DNA of 64,000 bases from a virus (IMGVR_UViG_3300022824_000016:14588-78587); one strand, 5' to 3'; positions 47,894 through 57,679 are shown, counted from the first letter of the stretch. The notes: generated from the letters alone by a model not told the origin. Numbers and translations: made by a program.

Positions 47894-49204
47894 TTGAACC
47901 GAGGACTTATGCGAAATACAACAATGATGGAGAAGCTTGCAGCTGTCTTTCCAGTGAGAAAAGAAGAACCAGAAGAAATACTGTTAGACTCTATAACACT
48001 TCCTGTTCCGGTCGAAGAGGAAGTCCCTCCTGCGCCCGAACCCTCAGCAAAACCAACAATTTCGGTTACAAAAGCAAAGAGCACGGTCACAAAAGCAAAG
48101 AAGAAAAAAGTTACACCCGCAAAGAAATCATCTTCCAAAGCAAAAAAAGTTACGACCCAGGTAGAAACCACAGACACTGTGACAATCAGGATTGTAGACA
48201 CTACAAACGTAGACACGAATGAGAGCTTAGGGCCGCGCTATATTCCTAATCCCAAACTGAAAAATCCATTTTCCGTTCATGTCTATCCGGTTCTTGCTCC
48301 GGGACAGAATGATGATCCATATGCCGAAGAGCCGGAAACGCCCGTTTTACCGCTTGAAACAAAGCAGTCTGGTACGGAAGCGGTATCCGGGAAAGTGGAA
48401 GATGCACAGACCCAAGAACCAGTCGTTTTACAAAATGCTCCCTTAGTGGTTGAAACATCTCAACCAGAATCGACTTTGCAGATTGTTGAGGAACTAAAGG
48501 AAGAGTCCACTATGAATGCGACCCAGGCCGTTATTGTTTCTCCTGAATCGGCAGAGAAAATCTCGCTGGTACCCCAACTAAAGTCAGATCTTCCCGTCGA
48601 GATCAAAGATTCCCCCAAACCGGAGGAAAAACCTGCTGTAGTTGTATCTTCATCGTCGAATCTTGAGTGGCTGAATAAACCCACACCTTTTAAAGACCAT
48701 CTGAAAGGGATGGTGGAAAACCTGAGCGATGCCAAAAACAATATCGCGTTCACTCTGGAACAATTGCGAGCACGGCAAAAAAAGCTGGAAAGCGAACTGT
48801 TTGAAGTACAATTTTTGATCGAGCAGCAAAAAGACAATCTGCGACAACTCGACGACACAATCTCTGCCTGTGCCCTTGTCGCAGAACAAAGCGCGAGCAT
48901 ACCACCAGGACTGCTTACTTCTGTTACGGCTCATAAAACACACGCTAAAACAGAGGATTATACCAACGGAAAAATCAAACATCGAGGTCTGGATGATCCA
49001 ACTGCGTGCCACCAGGGGGATATTGTGAAGTTTTTTGCGATGCATCCGAATTCAGACTGGACATCTTCAACAATCCTCGAAGAGTTGCCGGAGATCAAGC
49101 GAGAACACGCAAAAAAATATTTGAACGTATTGCTTCCGACGATGTATAAGGGCGGTAAAATTCAGCGGGTAGGTATCGGCATCTATCGAGCACTGGAAAG
49201 TTAA
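47894..49204 (+). CDS. Hypothetical protein, low-complexity N-part and coiled coil
   Basis: 436-aa ORF. Confidence 0.6.
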   Translation: MNRGLMRNTTMMEKLAAVFPVRKEEPEEILLDSITLPVPVEEEVPPAPEPSAKPTISVTKAKSTVTKAKKKKVTPAKKSSSKAKKVTTQVETTDTVTIRIVDTTNVDTNESLGPRYIPNPKLKNPFSVHVYPVLAPGQNDDPYAEEPETPVLPLETKQSGTEAVSGKVEDAQTQEPVVLQNAPLVVETSQPESTLQIVEELKEESTMNATQAVIVSPESAEKISLVPQLKSDLPVEIKDSPKPEEKPAVVVSSSSNLEWLNKPTPFKDHLKGMVENLSDAKNNIAFTLEQLRARQKKLESELFEVQFLIEQQKDNLRQLDDTISACALVAEQSASIPPGLLTSVTAHKTHAKTEDYTNGKIKHRGLDDPTACHQGDIVKFFAMHPNSDWTSSTILEELPEIKREHAKKYLNVLLPTMYKGGKIQRVGIGIYRALES

Positions 49205-49222
49205 TTTGAAGGGAAGAAAGAG

Positions 49223-49630
49223 ATGGAAGATGAATCCGAATCACTGTGGATTGGGACGTATATTTTGGATGATCAGGGAAATGCTCATCCGGAATATGAT
49301 ATTTTGACATGGGCAAAATGGATGGAAAAATCTGGTCGACCGTTAGTCTGCACTGAATTTGCGTGGGGAAGAGTCTCGACGGTCTTTCTTGGCCTGAATC
49401 ACAATTTTTTTCCAATGAAAAACCCTTTGAATTACAAACCGATCCTATGGGAGACCATGGTTTTTGGCGGCCCACTGGATATGGCGCAAACGCGCTACAC
49501 GTCGCAGGAAGAGGCATTCGCGGGCCATAAAGCGATGGTGGAGAGATGCATTGAAGAACAACAAAATCCGGAAGACAAAGTTTATCTGGAGAGAATGACA
49601 AAAATAGCAAAGCTGATGGAAGATCAATGA
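49223..49630 (+). CDS. Conserved phage hypothetical protein
   Basis: VSTVFLGLNH...WETMVFGG...RY...EEA.AGH motif. Confidence 0.65.
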   Translation: MEDESESLWIGTYILDDQGNAHPEYDILTWAKWMEKSGRPLVCTEFAWGRVSTVFLGLNHNFFPMKNPLNYKPILWETMVFGGPLDMAQTRYTSQEEAFAGHKAMVERCIEEQQNPEDKVYLERMTKIAKLMEDQ

Positions 49631-49643
49631 ACAACGAGGTACT

Positions 49644-50348
49644 TTATTCTTCCCTGCGATGTCGAAATGATTGCGTTAGATCAAAGCCCGCCTTCAAAAT
49701 CTTTTGCCGATTTGTGACCTCAACAGGCGGTTGTTGATCTGGAGCACTGTTCAGAGTATTGCCGACGAAATAGGCCAGATCCTGATACATCCGACTGGGC
49801 GGAATCAACGTTGGCATTCCAACTGTCTGCAAGATCGGGCATTGCCCAGCAATAGTGATACAGGTATTCGATGATTTCCATAAGCCGCAGGCTTCACGCA
49901 CAACAAAGACGGGTGCTTGAATCTGCCTCGATAGATCAACCAAAAAGGGCTGTTCGATTCCATAAGGAAACGAGTGCCTGGCCCAATACCTACGTTTCTT
50001 TTTTGTAATCTCTGCTGTTTCTTCTGGCGATTGCACTTTGAAATTGTTGACATTGGTAAAACGGGAACGGTACATTCCCATTCCCGGCTGAGTCATCCGA
50101 TATAGCTTTGCAGCCACTACCAAAAAAACAGTTTGCGTTTCCTGTTGATCGCGGCAAAACATGCTCGTCAAATCGCGCAGCGGAGAATCGCCCTCTATCT
50201 CAATTTGAAGGTTGGATTCGTTGATCTTATTTCCGTTATTTTTTTGTGGAACTAGACGCTTGCGAACGTAGACTATGCGCGGATCGCCGCCGCCAAACTG
50301 ATTGGCCACAAAGTCGCAGTAATCTTTGAACGGAGATTGAATAACCAC
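49644..50348 (-). CDS. Conserved phage hypothetical protein
   Basis: MVIQSPFKDYCD N-terminus; AGFDL..SFR C-terminus. Confidence 0.65.
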   Translation of the reverse strand: MVIQSPFKDYCDFVANQFGGGDPRIVYVRKRLVPQKNNGNKINESNLQIEIEGDSPLRDLTSMFCRDQQETQTVFLVVAAKLYRMTQPGMGMYRSRFTNVNNFKVQSPEETAEITKKKRRYWARHSFPYGIEQPFLVDLSRQIQAPVFVVREACGLWKSSNTCITIAGQCPILQTVGMPTLIPPSRMYQDLAYFVGNTLNSAPDQQPPVEVTNRQKILKAGFDLTQSFRHRREE

Positions 50349-50414
50349 GATGTTCCTCGATTGTTTTTTGCCGCCTTTGATAAGGTAAACAAAAATAACT
50401 GCCGAATGTCATAC

Positions 50415-50876
50415 ATTGCATCTCTGCGATGCACTCTATGTTCATTGTGCCTTTGAATCAGCCGGAGTGATGGCACTCAAGCATGTTGCATCTGTGCGAT
50501 GCACTTTTGGTTCAGTGTGCCTGCGCTAAACGCCGCGATGGCTGTCATCAAATGGTTGCATCTGCCCGATGCACTGTATGTTCTTTATGCCAAGAAACTG
50601 GGACAGAGAACATGTCTTGGAGGAAATGTTGCATCTGTCCGATGCACTGTAAGTTCATTGTGCCCGATGCCAATCGGTAAGCGTGCAGCCAGCAAGGGGT
50701 TGCATCTATGCGATGCACTTTTGTTCATTGTGCCTCGTTCCGTGATGTGATATGGCGGCACGCACTTCGTTGCATCTATGCGATGCACTTTATGTTCATT
50801 GTGCCGGGGCTACCAATGGCGAATGCGCTTAGTGACGTGGTTGCATCTATGTGATGCACTCTTGATTCAGTAGGCT
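50415..50876 (-). CRISPR. Satellite array 1: 7 degenerate repeats, 6 spacers (33-36 nt)
   Basis: Repeats at 50415, 50485, 50555, 50628, 50699, 50769 and 50840, all variants of the main repeat in reverse orientation. Confidence 0.95.
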
Positions 50877-50914
50877 GGACGACACAAAATGATTCTATCA
50901 CCGATCAAAGACTG

Positions 50915-51469
50915 TCAGGCAACAGAAGATTCGGCTGTATAGGTACCAGCGATGAGCGCTTTGGCGATTATACCGCTGGAATCGGGCCACGCAGCGCGGG
51001 AAGCCAGACCACTCCGATAGCTGGCACGCACAGGATTCTGTTTGATCCATGCATCGTAGGTTGCGTATTGTTGTAGCCGCATTTGAAAGAGCAAAACTTC
51101 CTCTTCCACGGCGTTTACGGCGGCAAGCGTTGCTGGGCCAAAATTTCTGTCAACTACAAGAGAAGCACCTGTTTTGACCAACGCTTTTTGCAGATTTCCG
51201 ATGCCAGTAGGCGTGCCCTGATTGACACAATCGTCTAAAATTTTGGTGGCTACATTTTGATTGGTGATTTGATTGTAAATCGAGTTCCAAAAATACTTCT
51301 GATAAAGCATTGTGGCTTCTTCGGCAGTGACGGGGAGCGAGATACCCAGTTGCACACATTCCGCCGTCGACCAACCGTAACGGGTAAAACCACCTGGATC
51401 GGCACGTAAGGTTCCCGCTTTACCTTCGTGTTGTAGAACAACTGGAATTGCCAAAGAAAAATCAGCCAC
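50915..51469 (-). CDS. GH108 lysozyme (endolysin) with a peptidoglycan-binding domain
   Basis: HEG...DPGGFTRYG catalytic motif; D..VNQG; FGPATLAA. Confidence 0.88.
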   Translation of the reverse strand: MADFSLAIPVVLQHEGKAGTLRADPGGFTRYGWSTAECVQLGISLPVTAEEATMLYQKYFWNSIYNQITNQNVATKILDDCVNQGTPTGIGNLQKALVKTGASLVVDRNFGPATLAAVNAVEEEVLLFQMRLQQYATYDAWIKQNPVRASYRSGLASRAAWPDSSGIIAKALIAGTYTAESSVA

Positions 51470-52052
51470 GGGCTACCCCCAGACTCATCGCAAGTGCGCT
51501 AAGACGCTTGTTCAGATCTTTTTGTCGCAAATATTTACCAAGGTTCCGCAGCACAAGCTGACGACCAACCGGGCCGCAGCGATCTATAAAAAAGATGCCG
51601 TTTAGATGATCGATTTCGTGCTGCACAATGCGTGCTATAGCACCTTTGTATATGCGTTCTATACCAGCATCGGGATCTTCAAGCGTGCCGAACCTGATCT
51701 GTACAATCTCGCTGCGCCAAACTCGTGCATTATTTTTGCCAACTGGAGGAAGACTGAAACAGCCTTCTGCACTTAACAGATCGCGACCACCGAGGTTCAT
51801 TATTTTCGGGTTGACGAGAACTTCAAAATGGCCGGGAACAGTAGCAGCAATAGCCAGCTGCACAAAAATGCCGAGTTGTGGCGCCGCCAAGCCCAGACCG
51901 TCGTGGCGCTGACAATACCGAGTCATGATGCTGAGCAGCTCCGTGATTTCTGACGAAACAGGTTTCACAATCCGCCGACAGGGCTTGCCAACAAGATCGG
52001 ACCGGTAAAACAACAACTCAGGTAGAGTAGACACGGAATGACCTCTGCACAC
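51462..52052 (-). CDS. def: Peptide deformylase
   Basis: GLAAPQLG, EGCFS and QHEIDHLNG motifs. Confidence 0.92.
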   Translation of the reverse strand: MCRGHSVSTLPELLFYRSDLVGKPCRRIVKPVSSEITELLSIMTRYCQRHDGLGLAAPQLGIFVQLAIAATVPGHFEVLVNPKIMNLGGRDLLSAEGCFSLPPVGKNNARVWRSEIVQIRFGTLEDPDAGIERIYKGAIARIVQHEIDHLNGIFFIDRCGPVGRQLVLRNLGKYLRQKDLNKRLSALAMSLGVARG

Positions 52053-52130
52053 GGACTAAATTGCATAATACATGCGTCCGTTTGAGAGGTCGTTATGTGT
52101 TTTGATCAGTCGCAAAAGGTTAAATATGAA

Positions 52131-52541
52131 TTAGCAAAAATCGTTCCAATCGTCGTTTTCGGAAGAACGTTTTGCAGATGCCGATTGGTTGGTGGATTGA
52201 TTGGGAGCAGAACCAGCCAGTACGAGTTCTTCGATTTTGACCTGAACTTGATATTTCTTTTCGCCGGAACGGGGATCTTCCCAGGAGTGCGTTTCGAATT
52301 TGCCCTCGACATAGAGCTTGCTGCCCTTTTGGACGTATTTCTCAATGACATCTGCAATACGTGCGTAGCCAACCAGCGTGTGCCATTCAGTTTTTTCTTT
52401 CCACTCACCGGATTTGTCTTTGTAACCATCACTTGTGGCCAGGGTAAGCGTAGCCACACTCACACCGCTGGGCAGTGCACGGATCTCAGGGTCTTTACCG
52501 ACATTGCCCAGCAGGATTACCTTGTTGATGCTTTTTGCCAT
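52131..52541 (-). CDS. ssb: Single-stranded DNA-binding protein
   Basis: SINKVILLGNVGKDPE...TEWH...KGSKLYVEG; acidic tail. Confidence 0.95.
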   Translation of the reverse strand: MAKSINKVILLGNVGKDPEIRALPSGVSVATLTLATSDGYKDKSGEWKEKTEWHTLVGYARIADVIEKYVQKGSKLYVEGKFETHSWEDPRSGEKKYQVQVKIEELVLAGSAPNQSTNQSASAKRSSENDDWNDFC

Positions 52542-52622
52542 AACGCTCCTCTGTCTGCTGTCTGCGGGCATCATAGCGCAAGTCGAGAAAAACCGCGATG
52601 GCAATCTATTGACTCAGATTTC

Positions 52623-52919
52623 ATTGTATTTGTCTGATGCGCTCTTGGGTCAGCGTGCCAAACGACAGTTCCGTTATGCAATCCTGGAATCGACGTTGCA
52701 CCTGCTCGGTGCACTCCTGGTTCAATGGGTAAATCAAAAAGATATTAATCGCCCGAAATTTTCAGTTGCATCTATCCGATGCACTGTTGAATCGGTGTGC
52801 GTGGCTTATTGAAAACAAACAGGCATCATTCTACGTTGTTGCATCTGTGCGATGCACTTTATGTTCATTGTGCCATCCTAGTCTTAATGTTCAGCGGAGC
52901 GGAGGTCCGTTGCATCTGT
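52623..52919 (-). CRISPR. Satellite array 2: 4 full repeats (1 perfect, 3 degenerate) plus 1 truncated, 4 spacers
   Basis: Repeats at 52623, 52695, 52765, 52838 (perfect) and 52909 (11 nt). Confidence 0.9.
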
Positions 52920-53244
52920 TCCTGGGAGTGCTCCATGCTCAATTGTCAAACCCACTGCTGCCGCTGCGAGCGCAATATCTTTGAGTCTGGTGTTTTCTTC
53001 TTCCAAAGATTGCAGTTGGGCAATTAAAGTGTCAATCATTTTTTTCTGTATAGCTATAAGTTTTGTGCACCAGTAATTGCGCCATATCACCGGCACAGCC
53101 AATAGCATTGCAATAGTAAAATCGGCAATGCACCATCCTCTGTGATGCAAAAGATAATTGATGGTAAAAAAATGCCGAGCGTGAAAAAAAGGATGCAATA
53201 AATTGCATCGAACAGGCTACGGAAAAATACATTGAGTTTATTGT

Positions 53245-53517
53245 TCACAGCCACACCTCTACGATGCAGGGATCATCGTTTGCAAAGCGCCCCATACAGT
53301 AAAGATTTTTAGGAACCTTTGCTTGTATTTCGGTTAAGGTCTTCGCAAAGGCTATCTTGTCGGTAGGAATCACCTTGGAACCGACAATATCCCAACGACG
53401 CAAAACGAACTTATCCGGATAGTCGCGTGGATGGTCGTAAATGACCCATTGTGACATCGTCAGATGAGGCGGTACAGCCAAGTCATTTTCCATCGGAGTA
53501 TCTACCCTGCTGCACAT
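53245..53517 (-). CDS. Hypothetical protein
   Basis: WVIYDHPRDYPDKFVLRRW...DDPCIVEVWL, a phage-type motif. Confidence 0.6.
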   Translation of the reverse strand: MCSRVDTPMENDLAVPPHLTMSQWVIYDHPRDYPDKFVLRRWDIVGSKVIPTDKIAFAKTLTEIQAKVPKNLYCMGRFANDDPCIVEVWL

Positions 53518-53627
53518 GGTACATAGCGATGTGCGCCGCTTGCCAGCGGCGGCGCAGATCCATGCGGTGCATGTCGACAGGTGGTCGCTCGTCGCAAAAG
53601 GGACAATCGGTCGGAATGCCCCAGCCC

Positions 53628-54317
53628 CTACCGGTTCGACGATAGCTGAAAATACTCAGCGCACCGACGGGCAAACTGGCGCGAAGGAAGGTCATTTTCA
53701 CTCGCAATTCTTTCGACAAGCCCCTCGATTTTTCCAACCGTATACGCGACGAACTCGGCTGTAATTCTCGAATCGAATTCTTCGGCTTGCGAAAAGGTAC
53801 GACGCTTTGAGTAGCCATTGATTTTCTCCTCGGTGGGTGTGGATACAACTAAAGCTTTTTGGGATAAATCGGGATGCACTTTTTGCATGTGGTTCGTCTT
53901 TCCTGCTTTGTTTTGCAGAACGCGTCCACAAATATCGCAACTAAAATTCGATTCTTTTTTGCCGGATTTTGGGAATTTCCGGGAGTAAACAGCGGTTTTA
54001 GAATTACCAACCACGTGATGAGACGCACGTCGATGGGATGCCCGACCACGCTTATCCTTGAAAGGCCCCCGTCCACATTCTGGACAAAATAAAGAATTCT
54101 CAGCAGCCGATAAAGGTGTGGGCGACGACACAGGAGGAAGAATGGTAGCTGAACCGTTTTCAACTGAGGGTGCCTCTGGTTGACTTCCAGCCCTGTCCTT
54201 GTTAGGAGTCTTACCCAGACCCAGCTCCTGATATTTTCCAGGATGTTTACTGCGCATGTGATTGCTCAGTGATACCACGTTTTTGATGTCGTCTTTGTCA
54301 CACAATGGGCATTTCAT
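53628..54317 (-). CDS. Protein with three C2H2 zinc fingers
   Basis: CPLC-x12-HMRSKH, CPEC-x13-HRRASH and CDIC-x12-HMQKVH. Confidence 0.75.
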   Translation of the reverse strand: MKCPLCDKDDIKNVVSLSNHMRSKHPGKYQELGLGKTPNKDRAGSQPEAPSVENGSATILPPVSSPTPLSAAENSLFCPECGRGPFKDKRGRASHRRASHHVVGNSKTAVYSRKFPKSGKKESNFSCDICGRVLQNKAGKTNHMQKVHPDLSQKALVVSTPTEEKINGYSKRRTFSQAEEFDSRITAEFVAYTVGKIEGLVERIASENDLPSRQFARRCAEYFQLSSNR

Positions 54318-54414
54318 CTTTTTCCCTCGAAAAATAAATTGCGAGCATACTATCGCAGTTGTGTCTTAAAAGCAAACAAAATCATAGAGTTCCCTCTCCG
54401 AAGCAACCCGGCTT

Positions 54415-54825
54415 CTAACGCTCGGATGCTTTCTGAGGTTCCGGAATCTCAAGACCACTGGTCAGATGGCTTTCGATCCACAATTCTCTGGAAATATCCA
54501 AAGAAGACAATGCCTCCTGTATGGTTTTTCCATCGGCAATGCAGCCCGGCAGTTCGGGATGCTTCGCAATCCAATAGCCCTCGGAATCGTATTGCAAATC
54601 AATACGGTAATTCTTTTCGGATTTGGTTTGTGTCTCTTCTGTCGTATCGGCAAATGCATCATGAACGCGAAAACGCACAATGATCTGCTTGCAATAAGCA
54701 CATTGGATCGAAAGCAACTCATCGGCCAGGACTGCCCATGTAGGCGCGCTGGGATGACAGCGCGAATGCACATACATCGGACCAGTATTGCCGCATCTTT
54801 TGCAATGAGACAATGCTCGTGTCAT
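54415..54825 (-). CDS. Zinc-binding domain fused to a HicB-like antitoxin domain
   Basis: C-terminal YWIAKHPELPGCIADGKTIQEALSSL...WIE...G.EIPEP. Confidence 0.75.
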   Translation of the reverse strand: MTRALSHCKRCGNTGPMYVHSRCHPSAPTWAVLADELLSIQCAYCKQIIVRFRVHDAFADTTEETQTKSEKNYRIDLQYDSEGYWIAKHPELPGCIADGKTIQEALSSLDISRELWIESHLTSGLEIPEPQKASER

Positions 54826-55202
54826 GGTTCGACTCTTCCTCTCAAATTCGCCGGTTCGTTTTTTCTGCGGCGCCGCCGACGAGGCGTTTTTTTGTTGCAG
54901 AACGAAGTTCCGATAAGGATAGAAGCTTCAGTTTTTTTGTCCTTCATAGCAGATCTGCAAACATTTTGAATTTTGGCCAATAGTGAAAAAGCTCGGGGAT
55001 TTTTAAGTGCCAACTCAACCAGTTCATCGTTAGAGATCTGTTGGAGCCGGTTTTCTTCGCAAAATCTGAGAACAGCGGAACAATAGATGCAAACTGTCAT
55101 AGTACCGACGTGCGAAGCGCAATCACCGATCAAATTGCCAGCAGCATCGAGAAGATGGCCGCAGGCAGGACAAGAAATCTCCGGGAGTCGGTATTCATCC
55201 AT
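54822..55202 (-). CDS. Zinc-binding hypothetical protein
   Basis: CPAC and CIYC pairs. Confidence 0.5.
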   Translation of the reverse strand: MDEYRLPEISCPACGHLLDAAGNLIGDCASHVGTMTVCIYCSAVLRFCEENRLQQISNDELVELALKNPRAFSLLAKIQNVCRSAMKDKKTEASILIGTSFCNKKTPRRRRRRKNEPANLRGRVEP

Positions 55203-55224
55203 CGTTTATCCTCGCAAACTTTTG

Positions 55225-55428
55225 CTACGGAAGCCTGTTTTCTACAAACTTGATCTTCAAATCGACGCCCAGCACTTTTGCAATTCGCTCCAGCGTGCGA
55301 ATGGCGCAAACGCGAGAACCTTCCAGACGGGAGATGGCTGATTGTCCGCATTGCAGCAGAGACGCCATCTCCTGCTGGGTGAGTCCCCGGCGCAGTCGTA
55401 GATCTCGAATTTGAGTACCCCAGTGCAT
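55225..55428 (-). CDS. XRE-family HTH regulator
   Basis: LRLRRGLTQQEMASLLQCGQSAISRLE. Confidence 0.85.
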   Translation of the reverse strand: MHWGTQIRDLRLRRGLTQQEMASLLQCGQSAISRLEGSRVCAIRTLERIAKVLGVDLKIKFVENRLP

Positions 55429-55904
55429 TCGTAAACAGGGTAGACCATTTTGAACCGTTGCAACAAAAAATATAGAATTTATGTGATATTTGTATCGAAT
55501 TTAATATCCAAATATCACATTTACCTCATAAAATTAATCAAGTCAGTGTCAAATCAGATTATTGTCCTCGTTTTTCAGTCGTTCATTTTTTTGGTTTTCT
55601 CAGGTTTTTTGCATTTTCTTTGCGTTTGTCCTGACCGCCGCTATTCCAGCGCCAGGTGCGGCAGCTTATGCATCGTTTTTTCAATGGCTTGTCTGGATCA
55701 AAGATCCACCGTGCATTACATAAATCGCAAATACAGATTTTTCCGTCCGTGATCATAGCCTCAATTTAAAACACTTTTCTAGTATTCGCAAAATTCATGT
55801 GTATTGCGGCTACCAATTAGGTATAATTTGCCTAATTGAAAAGTCCGCAAACCAATCCCAACAAGATCTCGAACGCGCTGGAGCGGATGAAGAGGAGTCA
55901 GGTA

Positions 55905-56558
55905 ATGCGAGCAGTGATTTATCTTCACGTCTTCAGGGGAGATGACGCACAACACACAGCCGATCAATTTGACCGGTTGTGTAATTATGTTAAGTCGCAA
56001 AAATGGCAACTGGTACACACCTACCGCGATGCACTCACAGGGAAAAGAAAGGATCGCACGGCCTACCAACAAATGCTTGCTGGGGCAGCCCGGCACAAAT
56101 TTGATGTACTGGTTTTTTGGTCGCTCGACCGACTTAGCCGTGAAGGTATTATGCCTACCATAACGCTATTGCAAAAACTCACTACATTGAATATCGGCTA
56201 TCGCAGTTTTACGGAACCCCATCTGGATTCCCTTGGTCCTCATCACGAGACTTTGATGGAACTATTAGCAACGCTGGGCAAGCAGGATAAAGTACGCTCA
56301 GAGAGCACTAGAATCGGTTTAAAACGGATGCGAGCAAACAATCAGCCTGGTCCGAAAGGTTTTTATGCTCCGGGACGACCACCAGTTCAGATTAACTTGA
56401 AAAAAGCAAAAAGGCTGCGCGCGGAAGGACTTTCGTATGAAAAAATCGCAAAACTATGCGGAACATCGAAAGCGACTCTCTATCGCCTTTTAAATCCCCT
56501 TGATGAAATCGCCCAGAAACAAAAAAAGGCAGCTTCTGAAAGAAACCACCTTTTATAA
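55905..56558 (+). CDS. Serine resolvase/invertase homolog lacking the catalytic serine
   Basis: YLHVFRG in place of YARVST; FDVLVFWSLDRLSR retained; C-terminal HTH. Confidence 0.8.
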   Translation: MRAVIYLHVFRGDDAQHTADQFDRLCNYVKSQKWQLVHTYRDALTGKRKDRTAYQQMLAGAARHKFDVLVFWSLDRLSREGIMPTITLLQKLTTLNIGYRSFTEPHLDSLGPHHETLMELLATLGKQDKVRSESTRIGLKRMRANNQPGPKGFYAPGRPPVQINLKKAKRLRAEGLSYEKIAKLCGTSKATLYRLLNPLDEIAQKQKKAASERNHLL

Positions 56559-56571
56559 AAACGAATTTGTG

Positions 56572-56823
56572 TTAGCTGGCTTTCTTTTCCAGCATCTCGA
56601 TTTTGGCGTCGTGGCGTCCAAGCGTTTGGTAAAACTGTGAGAGATCCGATTGTTGCCGATCAAGCCGTGCATTCAGATCAGATCCCATCCTGTCCATGCG
56701 ACCAGTCAGATCAGAATTCATTTTGTCCATACGTGACTCAAGAGAGCTGAAGCGATTATTATTGAACAACATACCAACAAAAACAGTCACAATCACAGCC
56801 GCAAAGCCGTAAACTTCGCTCAT
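56572..56823 (-). CDS. Small TM plus coiled-coil protein
   Basis: N-terminal hydrophobic helix followed by RMD repeats. Confidence 0.65.
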   Translation of the reverse strand: MSEVYGFAAVIVTVFVGMLFNNNRFSSLESRMDKMNSDLTGRMDRMGSDLNARLDRQQSDLSQFYQTLGRHDAKIEMLEKKAS

Positions 56824-57113
56824 AGGAACACTCCTATCTTATTTTACTCTATTCGTTTCATGCGCGCAATTTAATTCATGCAGTCCGGAATTCGGACTAT
56901 TGCGTTAATCCGAGTTTGGCAAATTCCCGTATCGTAAATTCTTTGCTTTCCGGACTCAGACTGGCCAGGAGCTTCCGTCGACATTCGGCCTCCCGTTCCT
57001 TTTTCCTGCGTACAAATTCTACATGGCGTTTTTCCATTTCAGCTTTTTTAGTTTTCTTTCCTCGATTCATCGCTTTCCCTCCTGCCGTATTACTATAGCA
57101 AAGGGCTTTTTCT

Positions 57114-57470
57114 TTGAGAAAAGAATTAAGTGATTTTCTAAATTCGCCGCGTAGAAATACCTGGTTGTCCACGCCAGAAATGGCGGTCTATTTGCGCAAA
57201 GGCAGACATTTGGGCAGTGACGGTCGCATCCATACTTTTTTAGATATTGCCAGCATTGAAGTGCAACCGGAATTTCGCGATCAAGGGTACTTCAAAGCAT
57301 TTCTGGCTCTCTGTCAGGAGATCATTCCCTATGACGGCATTCTGATTGAAAATGTTCTAAGCGAAATTCTGCATAATTATCTTCATCGCCTCGCGCAACG
57401 GGATCCTTGGTGGATTGAATTGGAATGGCATTTTCGCTGGGAAAACTTTGGCGGGGCAGCCAGGATTTGA
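57114..57470 (+). CDS. GNAT-like hypothetical protein
   Basis: IASIEVQPEFRDQGYF motif A. Confidence 0.55.
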   Translation: MRKELSDFLNSPRRNTWLSTPEMAVYLRKGRHLGSDGRIHTFLDIASIEVQPEFRDQGYFKAFLALCQEIIPYDGILIENVLSEILHNYLHRLAQRDPWWIELEWHFRWENFGGAARI

Positions 57471-57522
57471 ACCCGGAAATTCGGTTTTGGAGACCGACGG
57501 TTTTCCATTAGCCTACTCCCCC
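57449..57522 (-). tRNA. tRNA-Trp(CCA)
   Basis: Cloverleaf; anticodon arm TCGGT CTCCAAA ACCGA; G73 and CCA. Confidence 0.85.
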
Positions 57523-57532
57523 GCTTATCAAA

Positions 57533-57568
57533 GGACAAAAGCAAACCCCGGCATGGGCCGGGGTTTGC
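57533..57568 (-). terminator. Terminator of the HNH-TROVE operon
   Basis: 12-bp stem GCAAACCCCGGC/GCCGGGGTTTGC followed by TTTT on the minus strand. Confidence 0.75.
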
Positions 57569-57679
57569 ATATATTTCAACAGGTTAACCTTGAAGGAGCA
57601 TTACCTTTGTTTAAATCCACACACCACACACGGGAACGAGATGCGACGTTTTCAAAATACATCCATGTGTCTGGCCTTG

